Assembly: GCA_030390025.1 (NCBI GenBank)
Contig: CM059432.1
Coordinates: 73,906,001 to 73,970,000 of the forward strand
Length of the DNA: 64,000 nt
Reading direction: 5' to 3'
DNA from: Squalus acanthias
Taxonomy: Eukaryota
The position numbers and the translations under genes are program-made. Positions 37,409 to 50,038 of this stretch are shown piece by piece (the first letter of the stretch is position 1; the number at the start of each line of letters is the position of its first letter). Under the pieces are notes generated by a model, which saw only the letters and a program-made list of their open reading frames with translations, did not search any database and was not told the origin of the DNA.

Positions 37409-39128
37409 GACCCCAAACCACCTGTTTTTTGGGGTTAAAATTCCCCCATTGTGTCCAAGAGGGCGCTGTGATGGTCAGCAACAGAGGTTACTGACCATCA
37501 TAGTGTGGGACTATTGGTGAATGTGGAATTGGGGTTGCGTTCACTGGCACCACAATCAGATGAGTCGATCACGGACAGCCCGGGCAGAAAGGAATTGTCT
37601 GGGTTGCCTCCTCCCTTCCTCCTCCTCCTCTTCCGCTTCTTCCTCCTCCTCCTCTACCTCTTCCTCCTCTTTCTCCGCCTCCTCCTCAGCTGGTCACAGT
37701 ATTCCTGGTGGCAAAGGCTCTGCCCTCATGATGGCGAGGTTGTGGAGCATGTAGCAGACTATGATGAATCTTGAGATGCCCTCTGGTGAGTACTGCAGGG
37801 CTCCTCCAGAGAGGTCCAGGCAGCGGAAGCATTGTTTAAGGATGCCAATGGTCTGCTCTATCAGATTCTGTGTGGCAGCATGACATTTGTTATATGCCTG
37901 CTGCCCACATGTGGTTGGGTAGCACATCAGAGTCATGAGCCTGGTGGTCAGCGGATAGCCCTCGACACCCAGTAGACCCTCTGGTTTGTCGTGGTGGCTC
38001 AAATGCTGATGGTACAGCGGACTGGCACAGAATGAAGGCATCATGGATGCTACCAGGATACTGAGCATTGACCTGCATGATGCGCTGAGTATGGTCGCAC
38101 ACCAGCTGGACATTCAGGGAGTGGAATCACTTCCAGTGGTGGTACATCTCCGAATTGAGATACAGTGCCCGCAAAGCGACGTGTGCGCAGTCAATGGCAC
38201 CCTGCACCATGGAGTAGCCTGCTAGCCAGTCGAAGCCACATGCTCGCTCTGCCTGCTTCTCTCTGGCAAGAGAGAATGAAATGGATTCAGCTCTGTTTGC
38301 ATACAGAGGGCGAAAAATTCCGCAGCATCCGATTTTTTGGCTCTACGGGTGCCTTTTTGTGACGAAAATGGCGTCTGTGCCACGTGCACACACTTTTGGT
38401 ACGTGCCATCTTGGTGAGGGCGTTAGTGCTGGCACTGGGAGCGTGTGCCAGAAGTATGTAGAGTAGGCAGATCGTGACGTCAATTAGCGTGCAATTTTCG
38501 TCCTCAACACTGGAACTAACGCCCTGTGTTACCCTCACACAGCTCAACATGCGTTCAGCAGCAGCAAGGACCCCCTACCAGTGCTATTTAAAGGGATTAT
38601 CACATACTTACAGGTTAGTTACTGATTAATTTCTACTGGCGCTGTGTAAGTTTGTGGAAGTGTTTGGAGCTGCTAGTGGAGAAGGCCTTGCTTCTGACTT
38701 CAAGGGTCAGACCACTTGCTCCAAATCATGGGGGCTCTAGTTGTCTTCCCCTTTGACCTGCAGCATGACAGGGAGATGGAGCAGAGGCAGCTGCTTGCAG
38801 AGGGAGGAGGAGGAGGGGGCGAAGGGCTCTCAGCAGGAGACCTTACCCACCTGGGGTCTTCCGAGAGCAATTCTCTTACCTCAGCCTGAGCCAGGAGCAG
38901 TGTGTGAGGCATCTGCACTTTACGAAGGATGTGCTCATGGAATTCTGACATATCTTGCAACCAGACCTGCAGCCTCACTCCAGGGCAAGGACAGCGCTGC
39001 CAGTGGCTGTGAAGGTGACCGTGGCCCTGAATAGCCTTGCATCGGGATCCTTCCAGGCTGGAGCAGGCGAAATCTGTAACATCTCCCAGTTGCTCCCAGT
39101 TGCTGTCCACTGCTGCATAAGAGAGATG

Positions 39129-39313
39129 TGAGAAGTCGCACAACACCAGGTTATAGTCCAACAGTTTTATTTGAAATCACAAGCTTTCGGAGCTGCTGCC
39201 CCTTCGTCAGGTGAAGTGAAGGAATACGAATCGGCAAAGCATATATAGACAGAGAACAATGCCTGTGTAGCGTACAATCTCAGACGACTACAGTTAATCT
39301 ATCTGACTATCTG
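39129..39313 (-). mobile_element. Second Penelope-like terminal fragment
   Basis: 14-bp TSD GCATAAGAGAGATG (39115-39128, 39314-39327); highly similar to 25829-25971. Confidence 0.82.
39177..39215 (-). ncRNA. Minimal type I hammerhead ribozyme motif
   Basis: Minus strand TCAC-CTGACGA-A-GGGG cagcag CTCC-GAAA-GCTT-GTGA: both core boxes, stems I and II, palindromic AAGCTT in place of stem III. Confidence 0.65.
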
Positions 39314-40212
39314 GCATAAGAGAGATGACAGGGGCTCTTTATGCCAGGAGAGGGGACTTCATTGTCTTCTCTCTGATCAGAGAGAAGCAGATGGAGCATG
39401 CACGTGGCTTTGCCAGGATAGCTGGCTTCCCCATGGTGCAGGGTGCCATCGACTGCACACACGTGGCTTTGCGGGTGTCACATCTAAATGCTGAGATGTA
39501 CCGCAACTGCAAACGTTTCCACTCCCTGAATGTGGTGTGCGATGGTGCTCAGCACATCATGATGGTGAATGCCCAGTATCCTGGCAGCAGTCATGATGCT
39601 TTTATTCCGGAGTGATTATTTGCAACGCATTTTTCACTCTCGCTGCACATGCGCATCTGTTTGGTACCGCGCATGCGCAATCAATCCGGTCGCGCATGCG
39701 CAGTACCAAACAGTGCGGCGGCTACAGCCTGCAACTCCACGCTTGCCTCGGCTCCGTGGGGTCGGGTTGGTGGCTGGGGGTTGGGGGGAGGAGAGGGGAT
39801 CGAAGTTGGGGAGAGGAGAAGGGATCGAAGCGGGGGAGGAGAGGGGATCGAAGGGGGGATCGAGAAGGGATCGAAGCGGGGGAGGAGAGGGGATCGAAGG
39901 GATAGCCTTGGGAACCGCTTGAATTTGGTTCTAATTGCCGATGGCGCAATGAGTGGGTGGGAGTTCCGGGCCGGGGTGGCGGTGGGCCCGAACATTTGCA
40001 AAGGAAAATGATATTGCGAGGTGAAAGCTTTGACTGCCATCCTTGGTTGGATGGTGGGCATCCGTGCGTTTACCCCAAAATGTTGTTGGTCTGTAACCAG
40101 GGCTCGAAAGAACAAGAGAATAACGATTCAAAGCAGCCCTTCGCAGGTGCTGTTTTTCCAGCCTCACTATCTTATGCAGCCATAACTGAAAACCAACAGG
40201 AGTTTGTAATCC

Positions 40213-41440
40213 CAGTCAGATCAGAGAGGAGAGGGGATCGAAGGGGAGAGAGGAGAGGGGATCGGAGGAGCGAGATAAGAGGGAATCAAAGGGGGGAGAG
40301 AGGAGAGGGGATCGAAGTGGGGAGAGAGGAGAGAGGATTGAAGGTGATAGAGAGGAGAGGGGATTGAAGGGGGAGAGAGGAGAGAGGATTGAAGGGGGAG
40401 AGAGGAGAGGGGATCGAAGGGGGAGAGAGGAGAGAGGATTGAAGGGGGAGAGAGGAGAGGGGATCAAAGGGGGGAGAGAGGAGAGGGGATCGAAGGGGGG
40501 AGAGAGGAGAGAGGATTGAAGGGGGAGAGAGGAGAGGGGATCGAAGGGGGAGAGAGGAGAGAGGATTGAAGGGGGAGAGAGGAGAGGGGATCAAAAGGGG
40601 GAGAGAGGAGAGGGGATCGAAGGGGGGAGAGAGGAGAGAGGATTGAAGGGGGAGAGAGGAGAGAGGATCGAAGTGGGGAGAGAGGAGAGAGGATTGAAGG
40701 GGGAGAGAGGAGAGGGGATCGAAGGGGGAGAGGAGAGAGGATTGAAGGGGGAGAGAGGAGAGGGGATCGAAGGGGGGAGAGAGGAGAGGGGATCGAGGGG
40801 GGAGAGAGGAGAGGGGATCGAAGGGGGGAGAGAGGAGAGAGGATTGAAGGGGGGAGAGAGGAGAGAGGATCGAAGGGGGGAGAGAGGAGAGAGGATCGAA
40901 GGGGGGAGAGAGGAGAGAGGATCGAGGGGGGAGAGAGGAGAGAGGATCGAAGGGGGAGAGAGGAGAGAGGATCGAAGGGGGGAGAGAGGAGAGGGGATCG
41001 AAGGGGAGAGAGGAGAGGGGATCGAAGGGGGAGAGAGGAGAGGGGATCGAAGGGGGGAGAGAGGAGAGGGGATCGAAGGGGGGAGAGAGGAGAGGGGATC
41101 GAAGGGGGGAGAGAGGAGAGGGGATCAAAGGGGGAGAGAGGAGAGGGGATCGAAGGGGGAGAGAGGAGAGGGGATCGAAGGGGGAGAGGAGAGGGGATCG
41201 AAGGGGGAGAGAGGAGAGGGGATCGAAGGGGGAGAGGAGAGGGGATCGAAGGGGGAGAGGAGAGGGGATCGAAGGGGGAGAGAGGAGAGGGGATCGAAGG
41301 GGGAGAGAGGAGAGGGGATCGAAGGGGGGAGAGAGGAGAGGGGATCGAAGGGGGGAGAGAGGAGAGGGGATCGAAGGGGGAGAGAGGAGAGAGGATTGAA
41401 GGGGGAGAGAGGAGAGGGGATCGAAGGGGGGAGAGAGGAG
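40213..41440 (+). repeat. Polypurine minisatellite, about 21-24 bp unit
   Basis: (GAGAGGAGAGGGGATCGAAGGGG)n with GATTGAA variants; a few related units at 39785-39905. Confidence 0.97.
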
Positions 41441-41849
41441 CTCGGAGAGAGAGGAGGTCGGAGAGGGTGGAGAAGGTCAGGAACTCGGGGAGAGAAGGTC
41501 AGGAACTTGTTGGGGGCGGGGGGAGTACAGTGAGAACAGTGGGGAGGGGGAAGAACATGATCCAAGTCTAAAGGAGCGGGGGGAGAGAGCAAGAACATGA
41601 TCCAGAGGGGAAGATAGATCACGTTCTGCCACCCTCTGTTAAGCCTGGATCATGTAATTCCATCACCATCTCGTTTACACCTGCACCACGTTCTCCCTCT
41701 CCTCCCCATCCCCACCCCACACCCCAGGCCACAGCAGTTAAGGCAGCTCACTACCACCCTCTCAAGGGCAACTAGGGATGGGCAATGAATAAATGAATTT
41801 TTAAAAATGAGAGCATATTCTGTGTTGGTTCTATAACATTACATTTATG

Positions 41850-42135
41850 TGTTATTTGCTGGACTCGATGACCAATGTTCTCCTGGCCAGCCTCCCATCT
41901 TCCACCCTCAATGAAATTGAGCTCATCCAAAACTCTGCTGCACATATCCTAACATGCAGCAAGTCGCATTCACCCATCACATGTGCTCGCTAAGCTGCAT
42001 GGCCGCACAGCTGTCCAGAGGTCCCGCACAGCCCGTTAAAGGGACCATGCACCCCAAAAAAAATTAGGGGGAACATTGTCCACCAACACCTTGATTTTAA
42101 AATTCGCATCCTCCTGTTAAAATCCCTCCTATCTG
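41850..42135 (+). mobile_element. Decayed L2 fragment with a partial hAT MITE (about 41990-42078)
   Basis: GAGCTCATCCAAAACTCTGCTGC...CACCCATCAC..TTGATTTTAAAATT resembles 13905-14045; half-MITE ends GGGAACATTG. Confidence 0.7.
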
Positions 42136-42876
42136 AACTCGGCAGTGTGAGTGCTCCTAACCCGCGAGGGTCAGCCTGTCTGTTCTCTGAAAGCAGCAGT
42201 GTGAGCTCTGGAGCTGGCTGTCAATGAATGGATCAGATTACACATTGCAAAGATCTTGATTACTCAGGCAGGCAGGATCTAATTGCACATTCCAGACAAA
42301 CTGCTGGGTGTGTCTTGTCCTCCAAGGGGACTAATCAGAACTTTGGTGTTGCAAATAGTTACAGCCCTATTATTCTGCAACAGTCCGCAGCTCCCTCAGT
42401 CTTTGAGCCACCAAGACAAAACAGAAGGTGGCTACTGGGCATCAAGGGCTATCCGCTGACCAGATGGCTCATGACTCGGCTCTGCAACCCAACCACACGT
42501 GGGCAGCATGTGTACAATGAGAGCCATGCTGCCACATGGAATCTGATAGAGCAGATCATCGGCGTGCTTAAACAATGCTTCCGCTGCCTGGACCGCTCTG
42601 GAGGAGCCCCGCAGTACTCACCAGAACGCGTCTCAAGATTCATCATGGTCTGGTGCATGCTCCACAACCTTGCGACCATGGGGGCAGAGCCCTTGCCATC
42701 AGGCAACCAGCTAAGGAGGAGGAGGAGGAGGAGGAAGTGGAAGAGGAGGAAGCAGAAGAGGAGGAACCGGAAAGGAGGAGGCAACCAAGACAGCACTTTT
42801 CTGCCCAAGCTCTCCGTGATAGACACATCCAACGTGGTACCAGTGAACCAATTCCCCATTCAACAATAGTCCCACA

Positions 42877-43040
42877 CAATGTTCCCTCTTTTTTTTTGGC
42901 CCGCGCCTTTAACAGGCTGCGTGGGCCATTCAAAATTCCGCGCCTGCACTGTTTTTCTATTCAAAAGCTGGCTCACTGGCTCACTGGCTGCGCGGGACCT
43001 CAAGATCACTGCATGGCCGCGCAGCTTAAAAGGAACATTA
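42877..43040. mobile_element. hAT-type MITE (164 bp)
   Basis: 8-bp TSD GTCCCACA on both sides; TIR CAATGTTCC / GGAACATTA. Confidence 0.9.
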
Positions 43041-46000
43041 GTCCCACATCTTACCTTCTCTCTGTTACTGACCATCACAGTGTCCTCTTGGCCACAATGC
43101 TACAATAAAAGCCACCACAAAAGAAACATTCCAATCCAACTTTATACATCAATCCATCCAATATTACATAACAAAGTCACCTGGCCACCCTTCTGCATTC
43201 CCTTAGTGCCTGTCTTGCTTGTGCCTTTGCCTGTCCTAGTGCTCCTGCGAAGTGCTACCCCAGTGGCTGCGGCATGGCTGGTGGAGGGATGTTGACTTTC
43301 AGTGGGGGAGACTGCTGATGGCCTTGCAGGACGACCTCAAGCACCTCTGTGCCTAGAAGGCCCAGCTGTAGACTGCACCACCTCGGCATGGGCGGCAGCA
43401 GTCTGGGCTGGCTGGCTGACAGGCAACAGCAAGAGCACAGGTGGAGTGACAGTGGTGGAAGGACGAATGCTGTCATCCTGAGAGAGGACAGCAGATTCTT
43501 GCTCCACGGAGCCACTGCCACTCCCCCAGGGCAGCACCTCAGCATTCCTAGCCATATGTTGGAGGACAGATTGCTGGGCTGCTGTGACACCCTGCAAGCC
43601 CCTTTCCACACTGGTAAACGCAGCCACGATGGCAACAGTCTGAGCTTGCATGGCAGCAAGCTGAGCCTGTATGACAGCAGTCTGAGCTTGGATGACTTCA
43701 GTCTGAGCTTCCACTGCAGCACACAGATGTTGGGTGGCTTCTGCTTGTGTTCCAATGGAAGCTGAGACATCGGCCATCAGACGCTGCATCATGGTTTGGT
43801 CCACAAGTGCGCTAATGGATCTGCCCACCCCTTCCACGCTGGAAAGGATGGGATCCAAGCTCTGCGCAAAGCCCTGTGCAAGGTTGGTGCCGAACACTTC
43901 AATATTCCTTGATATTGCACTTAGGCTTTCTGGAAGGTTTCCCAATGCACCAAGCATTTTGTTCTTCTGTAGGCCACCCCATTGAAGGCCTCATCTAAGT
44001 CCTGTGCAGCAGAACTCGTGTGCGACCTCGCCCTCCGGGGAGCTGGTAACTGCACTACCCTTTCCCCCTGCCCTGGCTGCTGGCCACTCGTGCCCAGTGA
44101 CTCACCATGTGCAGATCCCGCCTCTCTGCTACCCTCTGAACTCCACGCAGTGCCAGTATCTGAGCTGGTGGCTGCGAGTGTCAGATCAAGTGACGGTGTT
44201 TCTTCTTCATCATCACTCTCCTCCCTCTTGTTCTTGCACCACTGGCTGGGCAGGTTGGATTTCTTGGGTCTCTGAAATGAGAAAGGCACAAGGGTAGGGT
44301 TGTGGTGAGGGGAGAGCGGGGAAAGCAAGAGGTGCATGCTTACACCATGTGCAGCTTGTAAATCAGAAGAGATTGTGGGATGAGGGGAAGTGGGATGTGA
44401 GAAGGAAGATTACTTATGAGGATACTGACATCTTGTATTCTTTCAGCCCCACCACAGGCCACGTGCTCAATGATGCCACTCCCAAGAATGGCAAGCTCTG
44501 TCACTTCCATGGGGATAAGGTAATGCAGGCGAGCCTATCCACTGCCAGTTAGGTTCTGCTGGAGCCGGTTATGCATCACCTTTTCCTGCAAGAGAAAGGG
44601 AAGTGAGTGTGGTGCAATGTGTTTGGGTGATGTGCCTGTCATGGTTGAATAGCTTGCAGTGTGTGCAATATGTGAAATGTGGGTGTGAGGATTGCAGCAG
44701 TGGTACCTGTGTGAGGGTCAGGTAAAGCTATGAATGTGAGGTATGAGTTGTGTTTGGTAGAGATTGTTGGTAGGTAAGTGATGGGGCTGTGGTGCATTGA
44801 GCAGTGTGTGAAGCTAGTGGTGCAGTTTGTGGGATATGGCATTTGAAGATGAATTCACTGACATTGACCACTCCTGTGAGGTCATTAAAATTCTTCCTGA
44901 ATTACAACCACGTCCTCGTGGCTACACTGCTAGCATTCACCACAGTGGCTATCTGCTCCCACTGCACTTTATACTGTTGCCTGGAGGGCCTCCTGGCTCC
45001 ATATGGAAAGAGGACCTCTCTCTTCCTATTCACCTCCTCCACCAAGGCCTCCAGTGCTGCAATGGAAAACCTTGGTGCACGCTCTCTCCCCTGTTATGCC
45101 ATCATAAGTTGCTTTTCATTGTCTTTGCCATGCCAGTTCAATGAGCTGCTGCAGGCAGAATGAACCTCCCCTTTAAGAGGTGCAGACTGCCCTTAAGTAG
45201 TGCAGGCTAGCTTTAATTGGTGCTAGCCTCACACAAATTTGGGCCCCCTGCTGAGCATTCAGCCACTCAGCAGCGCATTCAGTGCTGGCCTGAACGTTAT
45301 AATCATGGAAATGATCAGACAGCATGAAGTTTGCAGCTGCCTGCTGGAGGTTGATTGCGCATCGCGATCCCCGCGTCCGTTTTCGGGGGCAAACCAATTT
45401 CTAGACTCACTTCCCTTATACAGGAGTGGACGGCAAACTGGGAGCTGTTACAGATGTCACCTGCTCCAGCCTGGAAGGAGTCCAACACGGAAAAGTTCAA
45501 GGCCACGGTCACCTTTACAACCACTGACAATGCCGTCCTCGCCCTGGACTGAGGCTACAGGTCTGCCTGCAGCAGGTGGCAGATTTCAGTGAGCACCTCC
45601 TTAGTAAAACGGAGACATTGCATAAACTGTTCCACGCTGAGGTTGAGGTAGGAGAATATCTCCCTGAAGACCCTGGGGTGGATATGGCCTCCTGCTGAGA
45701 GCCCTTCTCTTCCTCCTCCTCCTCCTGCCTCTTCTAGCAGCTTGTCCTGCTCATTGTTCCTGTCCTGCTGCAGGCCAAGGGGGCTACAAACTACTGCACC
45801 CGTGTCTGGGAGCAACTGGTCTGAGCAGACCCCTTGCAAGTCAGTACCAAGTCCTTGAGCACGTGCCACACCACTCCTTGTGGACTTTTGGCAACTTTAA
45901 AGAAGCCTAGAAAACACTAAATACTTCTACAAACACAGCTAGTAGAAATCAATCAGCAACTAACCTGTAAGTAGGTGACGATCCCTTTAAATAGCACTGG

Positions 46001-47807
46001 TGGGGCTCGCGTTCAGCTGTGCGATGTTAAGAGAGGGCGTTAGCTCTAGTGTTGAGGTCGAAAATGGCAGCACTGGCATCAAATCAGCGTTACGCTCTGA
46101 TTGACGCCTCGAACTACGTACTCTGCATACGTCCGGCACACGCTCCCAACACCGATGCTAACACCCTCACCAAAATGGCGTCCGGTGTTGCCCACACCAA
46201 AAGTGTGCGTGTGCTGCTCGGACGCCATTTTCGAGCCAAATTAGCACCCGTTGTTTGGGCACTACGCAACTGAATTTTTAGCCCAAAAAATGTAAATCAG
46301 GTCCTGACATTAAATTTGGCAGAACCTGCAGGATACCCATTCTTCTGGGTTTCCCGACCTCAAAACAGCACCCCCATCCCACCCCCCTCCCAACTCCGTC
46401 CCCACCTCCAGCTAATATTGGGGCCATACAGTACAAAAGCCAGGAAGTTATGCTAAATCTATATAAAGCATTAGTTCGGCCCCAGCTGGAGTATTGCATC
46501 GAATTCAGGGAAACACACTTTCAGAAGGATGTGAAAGCTTTGGAAAGAGTACAGAAGAGATTTACTGGAATGGTTCCAGGGATGAGAGATTACAGTTATA
46601 GGGATAGACTGGAGAAGCTGGGGTTGTTTTCCTTAGAGCAGAGAAGGCTAAGAAGAGATTTAATAGAGGTGTTTGAAATCATGAAGGGTTTAGATAGAGT
46701 AAATAAAGAGAAACTGTTTCCAATGGCTGGAGAATCGATAACGAGAGGGCACAGATTTAAGATGATTGGCAAAAGAACCAGAGACGACATGAGGAAAACT
46801 TTTTTCCACAACGAGTGGTTAGGATTTCGAATACATTGCCTGATAGCATGGTGGAAACAGATTCAATAGTAAGGGAATTGGATAAATATTTGAGGGAGAA
46901 AAAATTGCATGGATATGGGGAAAGGGCGGGGGGAAGTGGGACTAATTGGATTGCTCTGCGAAAGAGCTGGTGCGGACTCGATGGGCCGAATGGCGTCCTT
47001 CTGTGCTGTACTATTTATGATTTTATGATTCAATCACACAATTCCCAAGGTACAGATACTATTAGAAAAGTCACCCCACAAATAATAAAAACATTACAAT
47101 CTTTTAAGTAAATCTTCACATCTATGAAACAACGGCTTTCAGTGTAATTACTAAATGGTATAGATAACTATTTTTCTTATGCATACTTTTAGACAGTCTA
47201 GCCGAGATGAAATACAGCACCCTTTGGCTGTGATGTTTCCTTGAATTCTAACACAATGATGTATTATTGCTTGGTTCTTGACCATGGTGCCTGATTCTGA
47301 GTAATGGTTTTTGAGGATGATAATTGGGAACTGGCAGCAAAGCTTGGCTACAAGTGCTTTTGTGCATGCTATATCAGGAAGTTTTGGGTATTACTAAATT
47401 AACTACTAATGTTATATTTAAGAAACCAACATTTTGCAACTACTTGGATCTTTTCCTCCACCTAGTGGTCTAGCTTCTTTCTGCAATGTCCCCAGTGGAA
47501 AAAAAGCTGTTCATTCAAACTTCAGAATAAATCTTGTCAACACAAACAATCTCTATGACTTTGTTTTAGGCGTAGTATCATATTGGGAATGCTGGAACAG
47601 CCACTTGAAAATGAACAACATGAGGATCATTAAAATTAGCAGTATTAAATTTTGTTTGATGCATTTATATATACTAGTGGACCTCACAAGACATTGCTTA
47701 AAGTGTGTCAGAGGATATGTTGTTTTAATAGGAGCGTTATACCATATAATGTGTAATGTATTATTATATAAGTTGATTCCCCCATGTCCCTATGCGTGAG
47801 CAACAAA

Positions 47808-48478
47808 AGGCCCGATTTAATCCTGTTGACCATGGGATCGGGGCCGGCAGGTGGTTAAAATTGCGGCCAGACGCTTCCCGCTGCGTTCCCGAAGCATTTA
47901 CTCCTGCCGCCATTTTAACCACGCAGTTTCCGGTCACAAGGAAGGTGCCCGCCACAGGCAAGAAGGGCCTCATTAATCTTTAAAAGTCGGGTTCTGATGA
48001 GATTATTCAGATCCCAACGTGGTTAAAATAAGTCACAGTGCTAGGCCTGTCAATGAAAACTGGTGGCAGGCAGGATCGTGGCTAGAAGAGGCCGAGGAAA
48101 GTTAAAATTTTTAATTTTTTTCTTGGTATCCTGGAGGGCCAAGAGGAGTAGGCGTGCTCTTCCAGGGCCTATAATGAAACCTTGGGTCTCCACAGCCCCC
48201 TCACCAACCCCGCACCCGCCCCCCACTGGCCAGCCCCATCCACGATTGCATCCAGAAACACCCTCACCATTTACCTTAGTGCCGACGTCCATTCCTTCGG
48301 CCTGCTTGCACATAAAATTCTGCTCCCGCTCATCAGGCTTCTTGTCATTCCTGTCAAGAAGACGGTAATGAGGCCCAGGAGTTAAAATTGTTTGGGCCTC
48401 CCACCGATGCCTCCATGGGCACTTCCCACCCACCCCTCCCCCACACGCTGCACTCACAGCCGAGTTAAAATCGCGGCT
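47808..48478. mobile_element. Harbinger-type MITE
   Basis: Ends AGGCCCGATTTAA / TTAAAATCGCGGCT with AAA on both flanks. Confidence 0.7.
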
Positions 48479-48838
48479 AAAGTGGATCCTTTCCTTTAAT
48501 TTCTTTCAGCTTCCTTGACACTGTGTAATTCTTTCTGTGTGTGTCTCTCTGTCCTTCTAGTTATCTTGTACCCATTTTGCTGTTTGCATGATTTCACAAT
48601 TTTCTCTTTTGTCACTTCTGCATTTTTGCTTGTGTTCAAATGTTTTTCTCACTCTTTTATTCACCCTATTTCTATAAAACTTTCCTTCCTTCTGTCTCCT
48701 CTATGTCTCCTAATATCTCTGTATTGGTCTCACACATGGGAGCTAACTTCTGGCTGTTGGAGGTGGGTATGACAATTACATGTGGAGAGGTTGTTTGAGA
48801 GGTGTTGAATTTTCGATGTAGGTCATAAGCGTACTCAG

Positions 48839-49720
48839 TGGGGTTGAGAATTGGGAGAATTGGTAAGATTTGGATCAGAAGTCACACACAGATTACCCAA
48901 AGGGCCTTAGGAGTCATAGGTCATTTTATTAAGGAGCAGTAGTTCAAATATAATCAAATACAACACGCAATCAGGATAGACAAAGTAGACATACGACCCG
49001 TATCAGATAAGAACGGTTTACCGGCCCCGGAACGGATGGACGGATGGGGGTTGAGGCAGAACGGTGATCTCGGATCTCTGCAGCCTGCGGCAGTGGTCAC
49101 TTCCTCTTTGGTCATCCCCTGAGGCTGGCGGAGGTGTTAAGCCGAAGCTAGCATGAATCCACCTCAGAGGTTGAGTTTGACCAAGGTGTTAAGACTAAGC
49201 TAGTATGAATCCACCCCAGGGAAGCCCTTCCCCTCTCTGCCTCCCCGGAGAAGCTCTTCCCCTCTCTGCCTATTTTTCCCTTTCAGCTGCCCATTTATAT
49301 ACACGTTATTTTGGGGTGGGGGGGGGCGCGGTGGATACCTCGCATCAATCATTTGTTACCCATTCAATTGTCCAATTACAGGGGAATAGGTACCTTTGGC
49401 AGACCCCTCCCAGACTCATGAGGTCATTCCTCTGCTTATCTCCTGTTTGGACATCTTGCACTTTCTCCTAGACAGTTTGGTTATCATAAGGCTCCTTACT
49501 CGACCTCTTATCAGGCCTAGCTATACCTACATGAAGGCCTGTTTCTGTGTTATGCCCTTATAAATGACCTCCACTCTTTTTGAAACTCCTTATCTGACAT
49601 GTTTGGTTTCTTCTGTATCATCAGTTTATCCTGGCTGCTGAGCTAAGCGAAACCATTACTTTCATAAAACCATTATTTCTTTTACAATTCACAATTTCTT
49701 CCAATTCACGATTTCTTACA
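48839..49720 (-). mobile_element. Solo LTR (882 bp)
   Basis: TG...CA ends, 5-bp TSD CTCAG; minus-strand TATATAAA (49301-49294) upstream of AATAAA (48930-48925); internal ~30-bp direct repeat at about 49133 and 49184. Confidence 0.75.
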
Positions 49721-50038
49721 CTCAGGAGGGGTGAAAGTCAGAGACATGGGGGAAAGCACCGTAGTCTGGGGTGTGGGAAAGCTGGCGGCTGTGCTATGGG
49801 AGCACTGGGGAGGTCTGGGGTTTGACAGTACTGTTGGGATATTTAGAACATCGGCAAGGGTTCTGGGGATATAGGAAGATTCAAGGCTTTGGAGACAGCA
49901 TGGGATTAGTTTTGGATTTCTCTAGCAAAGAGACTGCACAGACATGAAACATTCTTCTTCTGTGCTGTAAACTTCTATAGTTCTAATGGGGGACAGGGTG
50001 TGACAAAAATAAAATGTTCTTGTCTTTTTAAAGATTTA

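Larger units (their letters stand above)
38308..45405 (+). mobile_element. Harbinger transposon H, inserted in the D-prime transposase
   Basis: Left end GGGCGAAAAATTC; damaged right end CCAATTTCTAGAC; transposase 38728-39607 plus 42370-42845(+); Myb-like exons 45104-43190(-). Confidence 0.85.
37560..45800 (-). pseudogene. Transposase of D-prime, in two pieces (45800-45406 and 38307-37560) around element H
   Basis: VVVKVTVALNF..SQFAVHSCIREV / [42 protein letters not shown]. Confidence 0.85.
26684..46284 (-). mobile_element. Harbinger transposon D-prime, expanded to 19.6 kb by nested insertions
   Basis: Ends TGGCTAAAAATTC / GAATTTTTAGCCC with AAA TSD; Myb exon 1 at 26978-27177(+); transposase pieces at 45800-45406 and 38307-37560(-). 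Confidence 0.85.
25992..46425. mobile_element. MITE-D (MITE-1 family); own sequence 25992-26683 plus 46285-46425
   Basis: ATA TSD at 25989-25991 and 46426-46428; ends GGGGGAATATTAAC / GCTAATATTGGGGCC; the two halves are collinear with MITE-G. Confidence 0.8.
20905..47030 (+). mobile_element. One CR1 LINE in three pieces (20905-21212, 24958-25991, 46426-47030)
   Basis: NYRPVSLTSV..KLLET / IIQEKI..SQHGFVKG across the first gap; GFINRGI / xYKSQEVMLNLYKALVRPQLEY across the second; 3-bp duplications at both gaps; (TATGATTT)-type tail. Confidence 0.9.

Noticed and set aside
40216..41622. Long PLSS / GERG ORFs resembling extensin or collagen
   Set aside because: Translations of the purine satellite.
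47192..47260. Acceptor-like sites here and near 60110-60141
   Set aside because: Early stops, no convincing donor or recognisable peptide in AT-rich sequence.
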